Positions 19,239 to 28,900 of a DNA stretch of 64,000 bases are shown here, in pieces. The stretch's first letter is position 1, and each line of letters opens with the position of its first letter. The notes under the pieces are model-generated. The model saw only the letters and a program-made list of their open reading frames with translations, made no database searches and was not told where the DNA came from. Made by a program: the position numbers and the translations under genes. Origin of the DNA: a candidate division FCPU426 bacterium (GTDB taxonomy: Bacteria > Oederibacteriota > Muellerivitia > Muellerivitales > Muellerivitaceae); NCBI GenBank assembly GCA_963719085.1, contig CAVRAL010000001.1, positions 1,312,001-1,376,000 on the forward strand, given 5' to 3'.

Positions 19239-20238
19239 TTTTCACCCTCCTGTTTTTTTTAATCAATTTTCCAAATCGACCAACCGAGCCTCTTATATAT
19301 TCTTTATTCGCCTCAATGGATAACCAACGACGCTTCAATGACTCGGCAGTCGCCCCAGTCGTATTGCTTCCACCAAACGGGTCCAAAACAAGATCCCCCT
19401 TAACGGTTAGAAACTTGATAAAAAATTCCGCCATTTCTTTCGGCATACGAGCCGGGTGAAAAGCTATATTTTTTTCTTTGCAATATTCCTGATAAGGATC
19501 GTTTGTTCTAGTATTTGAAAAAATCAAGACATTGCTAGGAATGGCCCCGCCGTTTTTAGTAAGAAATGAAGTCTCCCCAATGTTATGTTCGGAAGGGCGT
19601 TTACCGGAATTATACTTTTGGGTCTTTAGCAACCGTTTCATAGACTCGCTGTATTCAACGAGCACGCGCTTATTGTTTGCCTTAGGAAATGCATCTTGCG
19701 ACATCCACCAAATATGGGTATATGCATCTTTTACTCGAATGCGCCGGACATTCACCCATTCAGCTGGTCCCGGTAAACGAGCAGGGTTATACCAAACAAA
19801 TTGCTGGCAAAGCTTCAAGTGACCCAAATCCAGAAACGCAAGAAGAGATCGCAGAGCAAGTGTCGACATCACTGGTTCGCCAGGCTCCCATGCATTGCCC
19901 ATTTCGAGAACAACAGACCCGCGCGGCTTCAAGAAATAATTCAATTCTTTGGCAAATCCCGAAAGCCACTTCGTGAATTCTTCCCCTTCCTTGTTTCCAT
20001 ATTTTTTTTTGCGGTTCAGCGGAAAAGGCGGGGAAGAAAAAATTAGATCGACTTTACCTTTATATTTTTCAAACATTTTCGACTTTAGAACAATTTCCGA
20101 ATCCCCGTGAATCATGGCTCCCAAACTAGTCCTATAAGCTATTTTCGGTTTTTGAATACTGATTTTTTCCAATGTCGTTCCAAATTCAAGAAAATGTTTT
20201 AGTGATTCTAACCGAACATCATTCAAAAGAGAACTCAA
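19222..20238 (-). CDS. Beta-class N4-cytosine DNA methyltransferase (M.PvuII-like)
   Basis: SSPPF motif IV N-terminal, DPFGGSNTT motif I C-terminal, EWVN.RRIRVKDA and HPARM blocks as recalled for M.PvuII; start codon uncertain. Confidence 0.9.
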   Translation of the reverse strand: MSSLLNDVRLESLKHFLEFGTTLEKISIQKPKIAYRTSLGAMIHGDSEIVLKSKMFEKYKGKVDLIFSSPPFPLNRKKKYGNKEGEEFTKWLSGFAKELNYFLKPRGSVVLEMGNAWEPGEPVMSTLALRSLLAFLDLGHLKLCQQFVWYNPARLPGPAEWVNVRRIRVKDAYTHIWWMSQDAFPKANNKRVLVEYSESMKRLLKTQKYNSGKRPSEHNIGETSFLTKNGGAIPSNVLIFSNTRTNDPYQEYCKEKNIAFHPARMPKEMAEFFIKFLTVKGDLVLDPFGGSNTTGATAESLKRRWLSIEANKEYIRGSVGRFGKLIKKNRRVKSATGK

Positions 20239-20463
20239 GTCAGCCTATGCAAATAAAACCCCAAACTGATTAGGCCACCTAAAAGACAGCTTATAACGTC
20301 CCATTTCGAGCCTTTATCCTTCAATTTATTTCAAAGTTAAGCTAATACACATTTCCACTTCTTTACGAATCCAAGACAAGAATTGCCACCTTTGAAATTG
20401 GCCTTGATCGATTTCAACAACCTCCTGCATGAAACGCAGGTGGCTGTTCAATAGAACCTTTTC

Positions 20464-20491
20464 GTGTCATATACGTGTCATTCGGTGTCAT
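20464..20491. promoter_or_regulatory. Putative integrase arm-type sites (GTGTCAT x3)
   Basis: Direct repeats at 20464, 20475, 20485 (10-11 bp period). Confidence 0.65.
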
Positions 20492-20622
20492 TCAAAGCAT
20501 GTTTTTACCATCTCTAACCGTCGACTACCATCAGAAATAAAAAAGACCTTTGCTCGCTCGGGTGATGAAACCCTTACAGGCAAAGGCCTTTGAAAATGTG
20601 CTAGGGACATTTTAATTTGTAA

Positions 20623-20699
20623 TGGCGGGGTTGACGGGGCTCGAACCCGCGACCTCCTGCGTGACAGGCAGGCGCTCTAACCAACTGAGCTACAACCCC
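20623..20699 (-). tRNA. tRNA-Asp (GTC), CCA encoded
   Basis: Reverse complement GGGGTTGTAGCTCAGTTGGTTAGAGCGCCTGCCTGTCACGCAGGAGGTCGCGGGTTCGAGCCCCGTCAACCCCGCCA folds as a cloverleaf. Confidence 0.98.
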
Positions 20700-20922
20700 C
20701 TGCAGAAGGACGAAAAAGCGGGAAAACACATCGCTTTGTCACAGGCCCCAAGGGGCCTTCCCACAAGGGAAGCGAAACGAGGCGCTATACTACAAAGCGG
20801 GGCCGGTTTAGTCAAGAAAAGCCCGACTAAAACGGGTGTGCGAAAGCGGTGTTTCCAAAGCTTATGATATAAAGTCTCAAGTTAGCTTTGGCCCAATCCA
20901 TTCCAATAGGAACCATTCTTAC

Positions 20923-21696
20923 ATGGCAAAAAAACTAAGCTGGTTGGAAAAGCACCCGAAAATAGTCGAAGTCCTGGATCGGCTTTGGCTTCTGCTGATC
21001 GCCCTCAACGTCCTGGCGGTGATTTACGGGACCGAGGAAGACTTGTATCAGGCCTACAAGTCTCGGTTCGACGGGTTCGAGTTTTTCTCGATCTTAGCCT
21101 TCACCTTGGAATACATCCTGCGGTTGGTCATTTGCACACGGGACAAACGCTACTCAAAACCCTTTAGCGGGCGGCTCAAATACGCCCTGACGCCCATGGC
21201 CCTCATCGATCTTTTCTCGTTTCTTCCCTTTTACCTGCCCTTCCTCATCCCCATGGACCTTCGGGTGCTTCGCGCCATCCGCCTTTTGCGCATCTTTCGA
21301 ATCCTCAAGATCTTCCACCACTCGGGTTATTCCAACGCCCTCACGCTTATCGTCAAGGTCTTCCATAATCGGCGCAAGGAACTGGCGGTAACTTTTTCGG
21401 CGGCCTTGGTGATTGTCTTGATCAGCTCATCTTTGATGTACTTCGCGGAACACGACGCCCAGCCCGTCGTCTTCCCCGATATTCCCTCAACAATCTGGTG
21501 GTGCGTGATGACCCTTTCGACCATCGGCTACCACGAGATTTATCCCGTGACCTTCGCGGGAAGATTTATCGGCGCTTTTATTTCGATAGTGGGAATCGGC
21601 CTATTCGCCCTGCCGGCCGGCATTTTGGGATCGGGATTTGTAGAAGAAATTAGGAATGAAAAGCGGGTTGAGGAAGAAACTAAGAAGCGAAAGTGA
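20923..21696 (+). CDS. Voltage-gated (6TM) K+-channel-family ion transporter with variant filter
   Basis: S4 LRVLRAIRLLRIFRILK, pore helix PSTIWWCVMTLST, filter TIGYHE, S6 ALPAGILGSGF. Confidence 0.9.
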   Translation: MAKKLSWLEKHPKIVEVLDRLWLLLIALNVLAVIYGTEEDLYQAYKSRFDGFEFFSILAFTLEYILRLVICTRDKRYSKPFSGRLKYALTPMALIDLFSFLPFYLPFLIPMDLRVLRAIRLLRIFRILKIFHHSGYSNALTLIVKVFHNRRKELAVTFSAALVIVLISSSLMYFAEHDAQPVVFPDIPSTIWWCVMTLSTIGYHEIYPVTFAGRFIGAFISIVGIGLFALPAGILGSGFVEEIRNEKRVEEETKKRK

Positions 21697-21729
21697 TCGT
21701 TCAAGCCCGACATTGTCCATAATTGGCTT

Positions 21730-21757
21730 TGTCCACGAAGGGTCCCTGTCGTGGACA
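21730..21757. repeat. 28-bp palindrome, copy 1
   Basis: tgtccacgaagggtccctgtcgtggaca. Confidence 0.85.
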
Positions 21758-21841
21758 GGATTAACACAAAGAGTCTGACCAAAAGTGGTAACTTCAGCCA
21801 GACTCCAATTACCAAATTTCGCCGTAGTTAAAGTTTCGGTC

Positions 21842-22809
21842 TTACTTTCGATTCCCGATTTTGATGTCAACTCCAGATACTTTTACAACCGCCCGCCAAA
21901 GGGCGTCCTGATTTGCGCGGTCATGGAGGTGTTCATGGCGCATGATCTCAATGGGACCCGTCATCTTTTTTGGAGGCGAGCAAAAGAACTTGCCAGAAAC
22001 ATCGACGCCAAACTTCGAGGCCGCGAGATATCTTTTGGCCCCTTCATCGACGGAATGCGACATTCCAGGAATAAGTTTCGAGATCGGCACAAATACGTTC
22101 TTCATCACAAAACCTAGATTGCGAGGCGCCTGGGTATCTGGAGCGGCTCCGGGTGAAACTGCGTATACGGCCATGTCCGCAGGAAGCTTTCGAGCAAGGG
22201 CCGCGACCCACCACGCGACAAATATTTTAGCATCAGAGTAAGCCGTGTAGGCTTGTATTTTACATTCGGGGAGCTGCGCAAAATCGCTTCTATGGCTGAA
22301 ACCCGGTCGCCTTTGTACTCTTTCGCGGCGAATGCCGCCAAGTCGGTAAATTGAAACATGGGTACATCACCTCGTGCAGGTTCCGCACCGGCAATAACGA
22401 TACGAGCATCCGGCGCCAGAAGTCCGGCCCCTAAAAGTCCCATCGTTAACTGGTGATGGCCGATCAACGGCGCTTGCGAAGCCTCAATGTTCTCGCTTGT
22501 CACAACACGTTCTTTGCCTGGCATCATACCGGCATTAAGAAGGAGAAAATCTATGGGTTCGCCTCCCTCTCCCTTAACTAGCTCGGCGACCGCCTTCTTC
22601 ACGCTTGCAAACGAATCTAGGTCGAGGGCAAGACCAGCGATATTTTTCGTTCCGGCATCGGTCCTTAATCCTCTAACGGCTTCATCCACTTTGGCCTGGC
22701 TGCGTCCAGTGACTATAACCTGACTCCAACCATCCATGGCAAGCTGCTTGGCTGCCGAGTATCCTAAACCAGACGTAGCGCCGGTAACGAGTGCAACAGC
22801 CTTTTTCAT
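21842..22809 (-). pseudogene. Frameshifted SDR oxidoreductase
   Basis: TGATSGLG N-half; catalytic YSDAK and VYAVSPG continue in a shifted frame after ~22247. Confidence 0.8.
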
Positions 22810-22856
22810 AGTTTGTCTCCCAAATCCAACATTGAAGAAATTTCAAAAGCCCATTA

Positions 22857-22918
22857 CTGTAGTACACGCTACAGATTTACGCATCCGCCGTCAAGCGATA
22901 TTGTTGTGGTCGCTACAA
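22857..22918. promoter_or_regulatory. Two putative TetR operators (TGTAG...CGCTACA-like)
   Basis: ctgtagtacacgctacag (22857-22874) and ttgttgtggtcgctacaa (22901-22918) in the divergent promoter. Confidence 0.55.
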
Positions 22919-22957
22919 ATGGATTGTTTAATGAGTTTCGCGTGGGTAAAATAAGGC

Positions 22958-23545
22958 ATGAGTCGAAAAATAGAATTTAATTACGATAAGGCGTTGGATC
23001 AAGCGATGCGAGTTTTCTGGGGTGAGGGGTACTCCGGCGCATCCTTAAGAGACCTTCTCAAGGCGATGAAAATTGGAGAAGGCTCCTTCTACAATACCGT
23101 CAAAAGCAAAAAGCAACTCTACCTCGAATGCTTGAATCGATATGGAGCGGTCGAAGGCAATAAAAGAATTTTGGCTCTAACATCAGCCCCGAATGCGCGT
23201 CTCGGACTGCGGGCTATGCTAAGCGCAATGTTCGATTGTCTCGATGATCCGAAGAACCCCTCATCTCTTTGCATGATCGCGGCAATGATTTCCAATGATG
23301 TAATGGCTGATAGCGAATTAAAGAAAATGGCTATTGCCCATGTCAAACAAGCAAAAAAGTTAATTGAAGATAAGCTCCATGAGGACAAAAAAGCTGGGCG
23401 TCTTCCAAAAAGCTATGACTCACATACAGTCGCTGATGTCATAGTTACTTATTTCCAAGGCATTTGGCGCATGGCCATGATTTCATACCAACGGGAACAG
23501 TTCGAGCGTGAATCAGAGGCATTTCTTCAAGGACTGGGCCTTTAG
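22958..23545 (+). CDS. TetR/AcrR-family regulator
   Basis: ALDQAMRVFW..GY..ASLRDL...GSFYN...SKKQLY HTH. Confidence 0.92.
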   Translation: MSRKIEFNYDKALDQAMRVFWGEGYSGASLRDLLKAMKIGEGSFYNTVKSKKQLYLECLNRYGAVEGNKRILALTSAPNARLGLRAMLSAMFDCLDDPKNPSSLCMIAAMISNDVMADSELKKMAIAHVKQAKKLIEDKLHEDKKAGRLPKSYDSHTVADVIVTYFQGIWRMAMISYQREQFERESEAFLQGLGL

Positions 23546-23644
23546 TTTTAAAATTCCTGAGTCACACGGATACTCCAACATCCAAGTCATCGACACTTCG
23601 CCGGAAATGAAACAAGAAAATTAATTTTCAAAGGTCTTTTTTCT

Positions 23645-23672
23645 TGTCCACGACGGGTCCCCGTCGCGGGCA
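23645..23672. repeat. 28-bp palindrome, copy 2
   Basis: tgtccacgacgggtccccgtcgcgggca. Confidence 0.85.
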
Positions 23673-23712
23673 GCCAAACAATGGCTAAATAATAAGCCGC
23701 TACCTTCAGAAA

Positions 23713-24930
23713 TTATTCTTGGCCGAATGTTGTTTGATATGCGGGGGAATGAATGATTTGCCGAAATTGTGTATCAGCCTCAACTTTGGCCCTGTTTCCA
23801 GGATCCATTCCGTAAAGTATTTTTAAATCACTTATCGCGCTTGCCGCGTCTCCGGCCGCCCAGTCGGCAAGCGCCAAGTTATATCGGCTCATGTCATTCC
23901 CGGGGTCAAATTGGATTGAGGTTGAGAGAGCCCGGATAGCCTGACCGATTTGATGAACTCTATAGAAGGAATACCCCATCAAACCGTAAGCCTCACTATT
24001 TTTCGAGTCAACCTGAACGGCTTCCTGATATTTCCGGATCGCCGGAAAGAACTTGCCTTTCAAATAATAATCTTTTCCGGCTTTAATAAATTTTTCCAAT
24101 TCCCCGTTTTGATCAATTTCCTGCGCGCCCCAACGATCGAACTTATTATCCGAATGTCCGCTCGTTAGAACATAATCTTTACGGGTATCGAGCTTATAAA
24201 AGTGCAATTGGCGGTCAACATAATCCATCCAGCAACCCTCCACCCACAGAACCCACTGTTTGTCCGGGGTTAGATCAAAATTGATGCCATCACCAATATG
24301 GGTCAAGGTTTTTTTCTCAGGATCAAAACTGTAATAGTTCCAATTGCGGCCATTCGAGGGACCACCCGAAACCGCGATAAACGCCAAATCCCGATTGGGG
24401 TCCCAAAATAAAAAATGCCACCAATCCTCGTCAGATTCGAAGGACTCACCGTCAAACGAGGGCATTTTGACCCGCCAGATCGCGCCTGTTTCATTATTGG
24501 CCAGGATCATTTCGGGGTCATTATATTGATTCGGGCCAATGGCCCACGACCCGGTCGGGGATACGGATTCAATATCTAAATCATACTCAGGGACCGAAGT
24601 CGCCCTTTTCATATTAATCTGCATCATTCCATCCGCGTCAAGTTCATCGCCCGAGGCACTTTGAATGGTGCCATTCGTGGTCAATCGGCATGGTTTAAAG
24701 TAACTTTTCCCTTTAAGTCGGTAGACCCGACGCCAAAAATAAAACGTGGGGAACAAAGGCTTGTCCATCGCTATATCCCCTCCGGCCACAAGTAAAACTT
24801 GCGCGGCCACTGGAGTCGCATTGAGTATCAAAGTGGGTGTTGCGGCAGGGATATCCTTATTGTTGAAGGAATCAGCAAAAGTGTTATTGGCGCAGATGAA
24901 CGCCAAGAAAAAAATCCAAAAGAATTTCAT
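23713..24930 (-). CDS. Secreted protein with beta-rich middle and C-terminal TPRs
   Basis: Signal peptide MKFFWIFFLAF...TFA; TPR pattern (AIRKYQEAVQVD, AYGLMGYSFY, YNLA). Confidence 0.8.
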   Translation of the reverse strand: MKFFWIFFLAFICANNTFADSFNNKDIPAATPTLILNATPVAAQVLLVAGGDIAMDKPLFPTFYFWRRVYRLKGKSYFKPCRLTTNGTIQSASGDELDADGMMQINMKRATSVPEYDLDIESVSPTGSWAIGPNQYNDPEMILANNETGAIWRVKMPSFDGESFESDEDWWHFLFWDPNRDLAFIAVSGGPSNGRNWNYYSFDPEKKTLTHIGDGINFDLTPDKQWVLWVEGCWMDYVDRQLHFYKLDTRKDYVLTSGHSDNKFDRWGAQEIDQNGELEKFIKAGKDYYLKGKFFPAIRKYQEAVQVDSKNSEAYGLMGYSFYRVHQIGQAIRALSTSIQFDPGNDMSRYNLALADWAAGDAASAISDLKILYGMDPGNRAKVEADTQFRQIIHSPAYQTTFGQE

Positions 24931-25004
24931 ATAAGAACCCTTCTTCAACGACTTCTTAAAGTCTCTCGATAAAAAGCGGGATCAAACTTACCCCAACTTT
25001 TCCC

Positions 25005-25032
25005 TGTCCACCACAGGTCCCCGTCGTGGACA
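25005..25032. repeat. 28-bp palindrome, copy 3
   Basis: tgtccaccacaggtccccgtcgtggaca. Confidence 0.85.
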
Positions 25033-25045
25033 GATCTGGAAAATC

Positions 25046-25336
25046 TTAATGCGCGTTAGAAGGCTTCTTTTTTCCAGCGACACTCAATAAGGCTTCGTTG
25101 ATGACTGTTTGGTATCCAATCCCCTTCTCACGGCCTATTTTCTTGGCCCATTCCAAGGCTTTCGGGTTGAGGCGGATGGAAACCGGAAAATAAAGCTCAT
25201 GAGGCGCTTTAGGCGGTCGACCACGCGGACGGCGCGGTTTTCCGGTGTGATGTTCGATTGCCCGACGGTTCTTCTCCACTTCTCCGGGAGTTAACCTCCG
25301 TGCTTTGTGAAACGGGAATTCATTTGAGCTCTTCAT
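25046..25336 (-). CDS. brnA: BrnA-family antitoxin
   Basis: GRPPK...VSIRL...GYQTVINEAL; overlaps toxin. Confidence 0.85.
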   Translation of the reverse strand: MKSSNEFPFHKARRLTPGEVEKNRRAIEHHTGKPRRPRGRPPKAPHELYFPVSIRLNPKALEWAKKIGREKGIGYQTVINEALLSVAGKKKPSNAH

Positions 25337-25601
25337 AACGGGTCCTTTCCCGACGGCTTGCCGGCCTCGCGCTGATGACGCGACAGACCTGGCCTTGTGA
25401 GCGCTTGGTGAAAACTACCACCAGAACTTTTCCACCATCAGATTCTCCAATTAACCATTCCCTGGACTCCGTGGTCGAATGCTTAGGGTCGGCGGCCACT
25501 AGGGCATATGGATCATCAAAGGCCGAGATAGCTGCTTTGAAAGAAACACCGTGTTTCTTGAAATTAGCTTCGTCCTTGGCGGCGTTCCAGTCAAATCGCA
25601 T
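25320..25601 (-). CDS. brnT: BrnT-family toxin
   Basis: FDWN..K...N.KKHGVSF, RVISARPA..RER..Y. Confidence 0.92.
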   Translation of the reverse strand: MRFDWNAAKDEANFKKHGVSFKAAISAFDDPYALVAADPKHSTTESREWLIGESDGGKVLVVVFTKRSQGQVCRVISARPASRRERTRYEELK

Positions 25602-25681
25602 GTTATTAGTATATACTGTAAATGGGGGGTAGTCAAGATTGGGCTTACCAGCATCAGACCATCCCGCTTAGGGTTTTTAGC

Positions 25682-25709
25682 TGTCCACGACAAGAACTCG
25701 TCATGGACA
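25682..25709. repeat. 28-bp palindrome, copy 4 (probably inverted)
   Basis: tgtccacgacaagaactcgtcatggaca. Confidence 0.8.
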
Positions 25710-25983
25710 AGCGCCGACTTTCCGCTTAGAAGGGGGCTCAACGTACTGCGCCCATAGGCCGCGAACAGGGACAGGACCACGGGGATCAGCCCTCTATGCA
25801 AAATGATAACCGTCGGCCACAAGCCAATTCCTTTAACTCATTTTTTGAAAATTGGCTAAGATTGCCGTATCGCGCGTTGATATCGACCATTCATTTTGGC
25901 AAATGAAAAAGAGGTCGGTTCACGCCCAATTCTCGTAACCACCTTATGGAGAATTGGGATGCCTCGCAATGACAAATTCTGAA

Positions 25984-28900
25984 TCAAGCCGTTGTAGGCT
26001 GTGGTTCTTGCGCCTTAGAAGCGGCCTTTTGCATCTTCAATTTCTTCACCGAGAAACGGGACACGGCGTTCTTCGTAATGCTCTTGGCCGACAGCTTATA
26101 TAAATATTCCCCTTCGGCTTTGCCCGTGGCGTCCCAAACGCTGACGGCGTAGGCGCCGCCTTCCCGGCGTTCCTCGATCTTGTCGATCAATCCCCCGGTG
26201 GAATCAAACACTTCCAAGGTGACCTGGCAGTCTTCCTTCAAGAAATAATAAAAGCGGATCGGACCGGGAACTGGCGGGATGGGGAAAAAGCCCATGTCTT
26301 CCACGAATAAATGCGCCTTGCCGTTTTCTTCCGGCTCGAGGGCGATATCTTTCAAACGTAAGACCGGGAATTGGTCGCTGTGCAGGCGGATTTCGTATTT
26401 GCCTTCGGGCATGTTGGAAAAGTAAAAGGCTCCCTTCACATCGGTCACCGCCGTGGCCACCACCTGGTCATTCTTGGCCAGCTCAATTTTGGTTCCTGAA
26501 ACCGGGGTGGCGGCGTCTTTTCGGAAAAAGCGGCCGTTCAATTGGCTGAGTTTGCGGATGATGATCTTTCGATGGGCGGTGAGGGGCGCGGGTTTGCCCT
26601 TGGCATCCACCGCGGCCACATGGAAATACCAGGTGCCTTCGGGGATGTCTTTTAACTCAATGTTGCTTTCCGAGGTGAACACGTCATCGGCGGTGAGCTT
26701 GTCATCTTCCTGACGGCTGAGCTTGTAGATATAGCCAATCGCCTCATATTTGACGTCGGTGTTCGAGCGCAAATGAAAGATCGGGTTAAAAATCGGCGTC
26801 GCTTCGTCTTCTTTGGGATGGGTGGGACTTTCCACCAAAGGCGGTGGAATTTGACTGCCCGCGACCCGCACCGCCAAATGATTGGGGTCCGAGACATTCC
26901 CGGCCCCGTCCCGGCAAACCACATGCAGGTACCAGGTGCCCGGCTCGCCGGCTAAGGCCGTAAAGCCCGATTCAGTGGTGCGGACGACGGTGGAAAGGTC
27001 GGGGATCGTTTTGGCCGATCGGTCGAATACGTAGTAAAAGGCCTCGAACCCTGAAAGTTTCGGGCGGGGCGCCAATTGGAAATAAACCTTGCTGGCCTGA
27101 TACCAACGGCTCTCATCGGGGTGGCTGGTGGAAACGACTTCCGGCGGCGCCGGCCGTTCCAGGTCCACCTTCATACGGTAATGGGCCGGTTCGCTGAAAT
27201 TGCCCGCCCGGTCCCGGGCGACCAAATGGAAATACCAAATCCCGCTCTTGAGATTGCTTAAAGACGCCCGCAATTCTTCCGTGCCCGTGGCCTTGCCGGG
27301 CTCGGGCTTGGTCGTGGGATGCTCATCCAACAAATGGTAATAACCCGCGATGCCGGTGGCGTCCGAGGGGGCTTTCCAAATTAAAAGCGGCGCGGCGTTG
27401 GTGCTCCATTGATCCGGCGGATGGGTGGGGCTGGTAATTTCGGGGGCGTCCACGCCGTGGTCCGACAGGGCCGCGGCGGTTTGGTTGTCCTCGTGCTGTT
27501 CATTGCCCATCTTATCCACGGCCTGGGCGCAGTAATAATAGGCGGTGTTTTCGCGAAGGCCCGTTCCCTTGTCCATGAAACCCGGTTCCTTCACTTCCCC
27601 GTCGATGGAGATTTTTTGCTTTTTCTCGCCCTCGACCCAGCGGTAAACCCGGTAATAGGCGGTGCCCGAAACCCGGTCATTGACCGGATCCCACTTGAGC
27701 TCGATATCCCCATGGGGTCGCGACAAGGCCTTGAGGCTGACCACCGGCGGGGGGGGTGAAATATCCAGCGTCACGCTGGCCATCTCCACCGACGGGAAAG
27801 GTTCCACGTTGCCCACCTTGTCCTTGGCCCGGCAGCGGAAAGCGAAGCGCTGGCCGTCTTGGCCCTGGTAGCTGGCGCCCCTTTCATAAGTGTCCACCAG
27901 CCAATCGGTCCAAGCGCCGTTGGGGCCCGCCTTCACTTGCACATCAAAACAAGCCACGTCGCTTCCGGCGTCCACGGCTTCCCAGGTCACCGGGATTTGG
28001 GTGCGATCGAGGAATAAGGGCAAGGGATTGAGTTTTGATTTCGGCGCCGTAGTATCGATAAAGACCGGGTAATGGGCGGCTTCCCGGCTGAGATTGCCCA
28101 CCTTGTCTTTGGTAGTGATGTGGAAATACCATTTGCCGTCTTTGAGCGCGGGCGCCTGGAACTGGTTGGCCTTGACCCATTGGCCGTTTTCAGGCGTGGG
28201 GATGGTTCCCGGATGGCCGTCGATTAAAAGGTAATAACCGTCAACGCCCGATAGCTCGGCCGGGTCTTCCCAGGTGAATTGCGGAGTCTGGCTTTTCACC
28301 CAGTGATGGGCCGGATGGGTGGCGCTTTTCACCAGCGGCGGCTTGGCGGAAGAATCGACTTGGATTTTAAGACGCCCCGCCTCGCCAAAGTTGCCCGCCT
28401 TGTCCTTGGCCGACACATGGGCGTACCAAACCCCGTCGTCGGGCAGTGTAAAAACCGTATGGGTTCCGGTGATCCAGGTCATTTTTTCCGCCAGCGGTTT
28501 CCAATGCTCTTCGGAATTCACGGCGAAGTAATAGCCTTCGATACCGGATAGATCGACGGGTTCTTTCCAGAATAACTCCACCCGCCGGGCGACCATCCAG
28601 CCTTCGGGATTGGGATGCGTGGGAGACGTCAAAACCGGCGCGGCCACATGGGTATCGACCTTGATCCGGTACCGGGCCGGTTCAGGCGAGGTGTTGCCCG
28701 CGGCGTCCTGACAGATGACGGACAGGATATGGATGCCATCCCGGGGAACGTCGATTTCCAGATCCGTGGATTCTAAAAAGGCCGAGCTTTTGGGATCGGG
28801 CGTTACCTTTTCATCTTCCGAGAAGGTGTAGTAATAACCGGTGATCCCCGAAGGATCCGCCGGGGGATGGAACTTGAACTGGGCCTTGGATTTCGAAACC

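Larger units (their letters stand above)
9694..20667. mobile_element. Integrative element / defence island in tRNA-Asp (~11 kb)
   Basis: 46-bp direct repeats, tyrosine integrase plus excisionase at one end, AT-rich cargo. Confidence 0.93.

Noticed and set aside
9795..20238. Prophage or ICE
   Set aside because: No structural, packaging, replication or conjugation genes recognisable between the att sites.
16476..20238. Type I/III R-M, BREX, DISARM or Dnd system
   Set aside because: No HsdS/HsdM, PglZ/BrxC, DrmAB or DndCD; the helicase is short and stand-alone, and the MTase is a PvuII-like beta-class enzyme.
19222..20238. Host avoidance of CAGCTG as evidence for MTase specificity
   Set aside because: CAGCTG occurs inside and outside the island (e.g. 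~6154, 17342, 19761, 42511); depletion cannot be judged without counting.
21730..25709. Integron attC array or CRISPR array
   Set aside because: Repeats are 28 bp with no RYYYAAC/GTTRRRY ends, no IntI is present, spacing is gene-sized (0.65-1.9 kb), and there are no cas genes.
25955..25975. CCTCGCAATGACA REP-like end
   Set aside because: Single half-site with no matching arm in the window.
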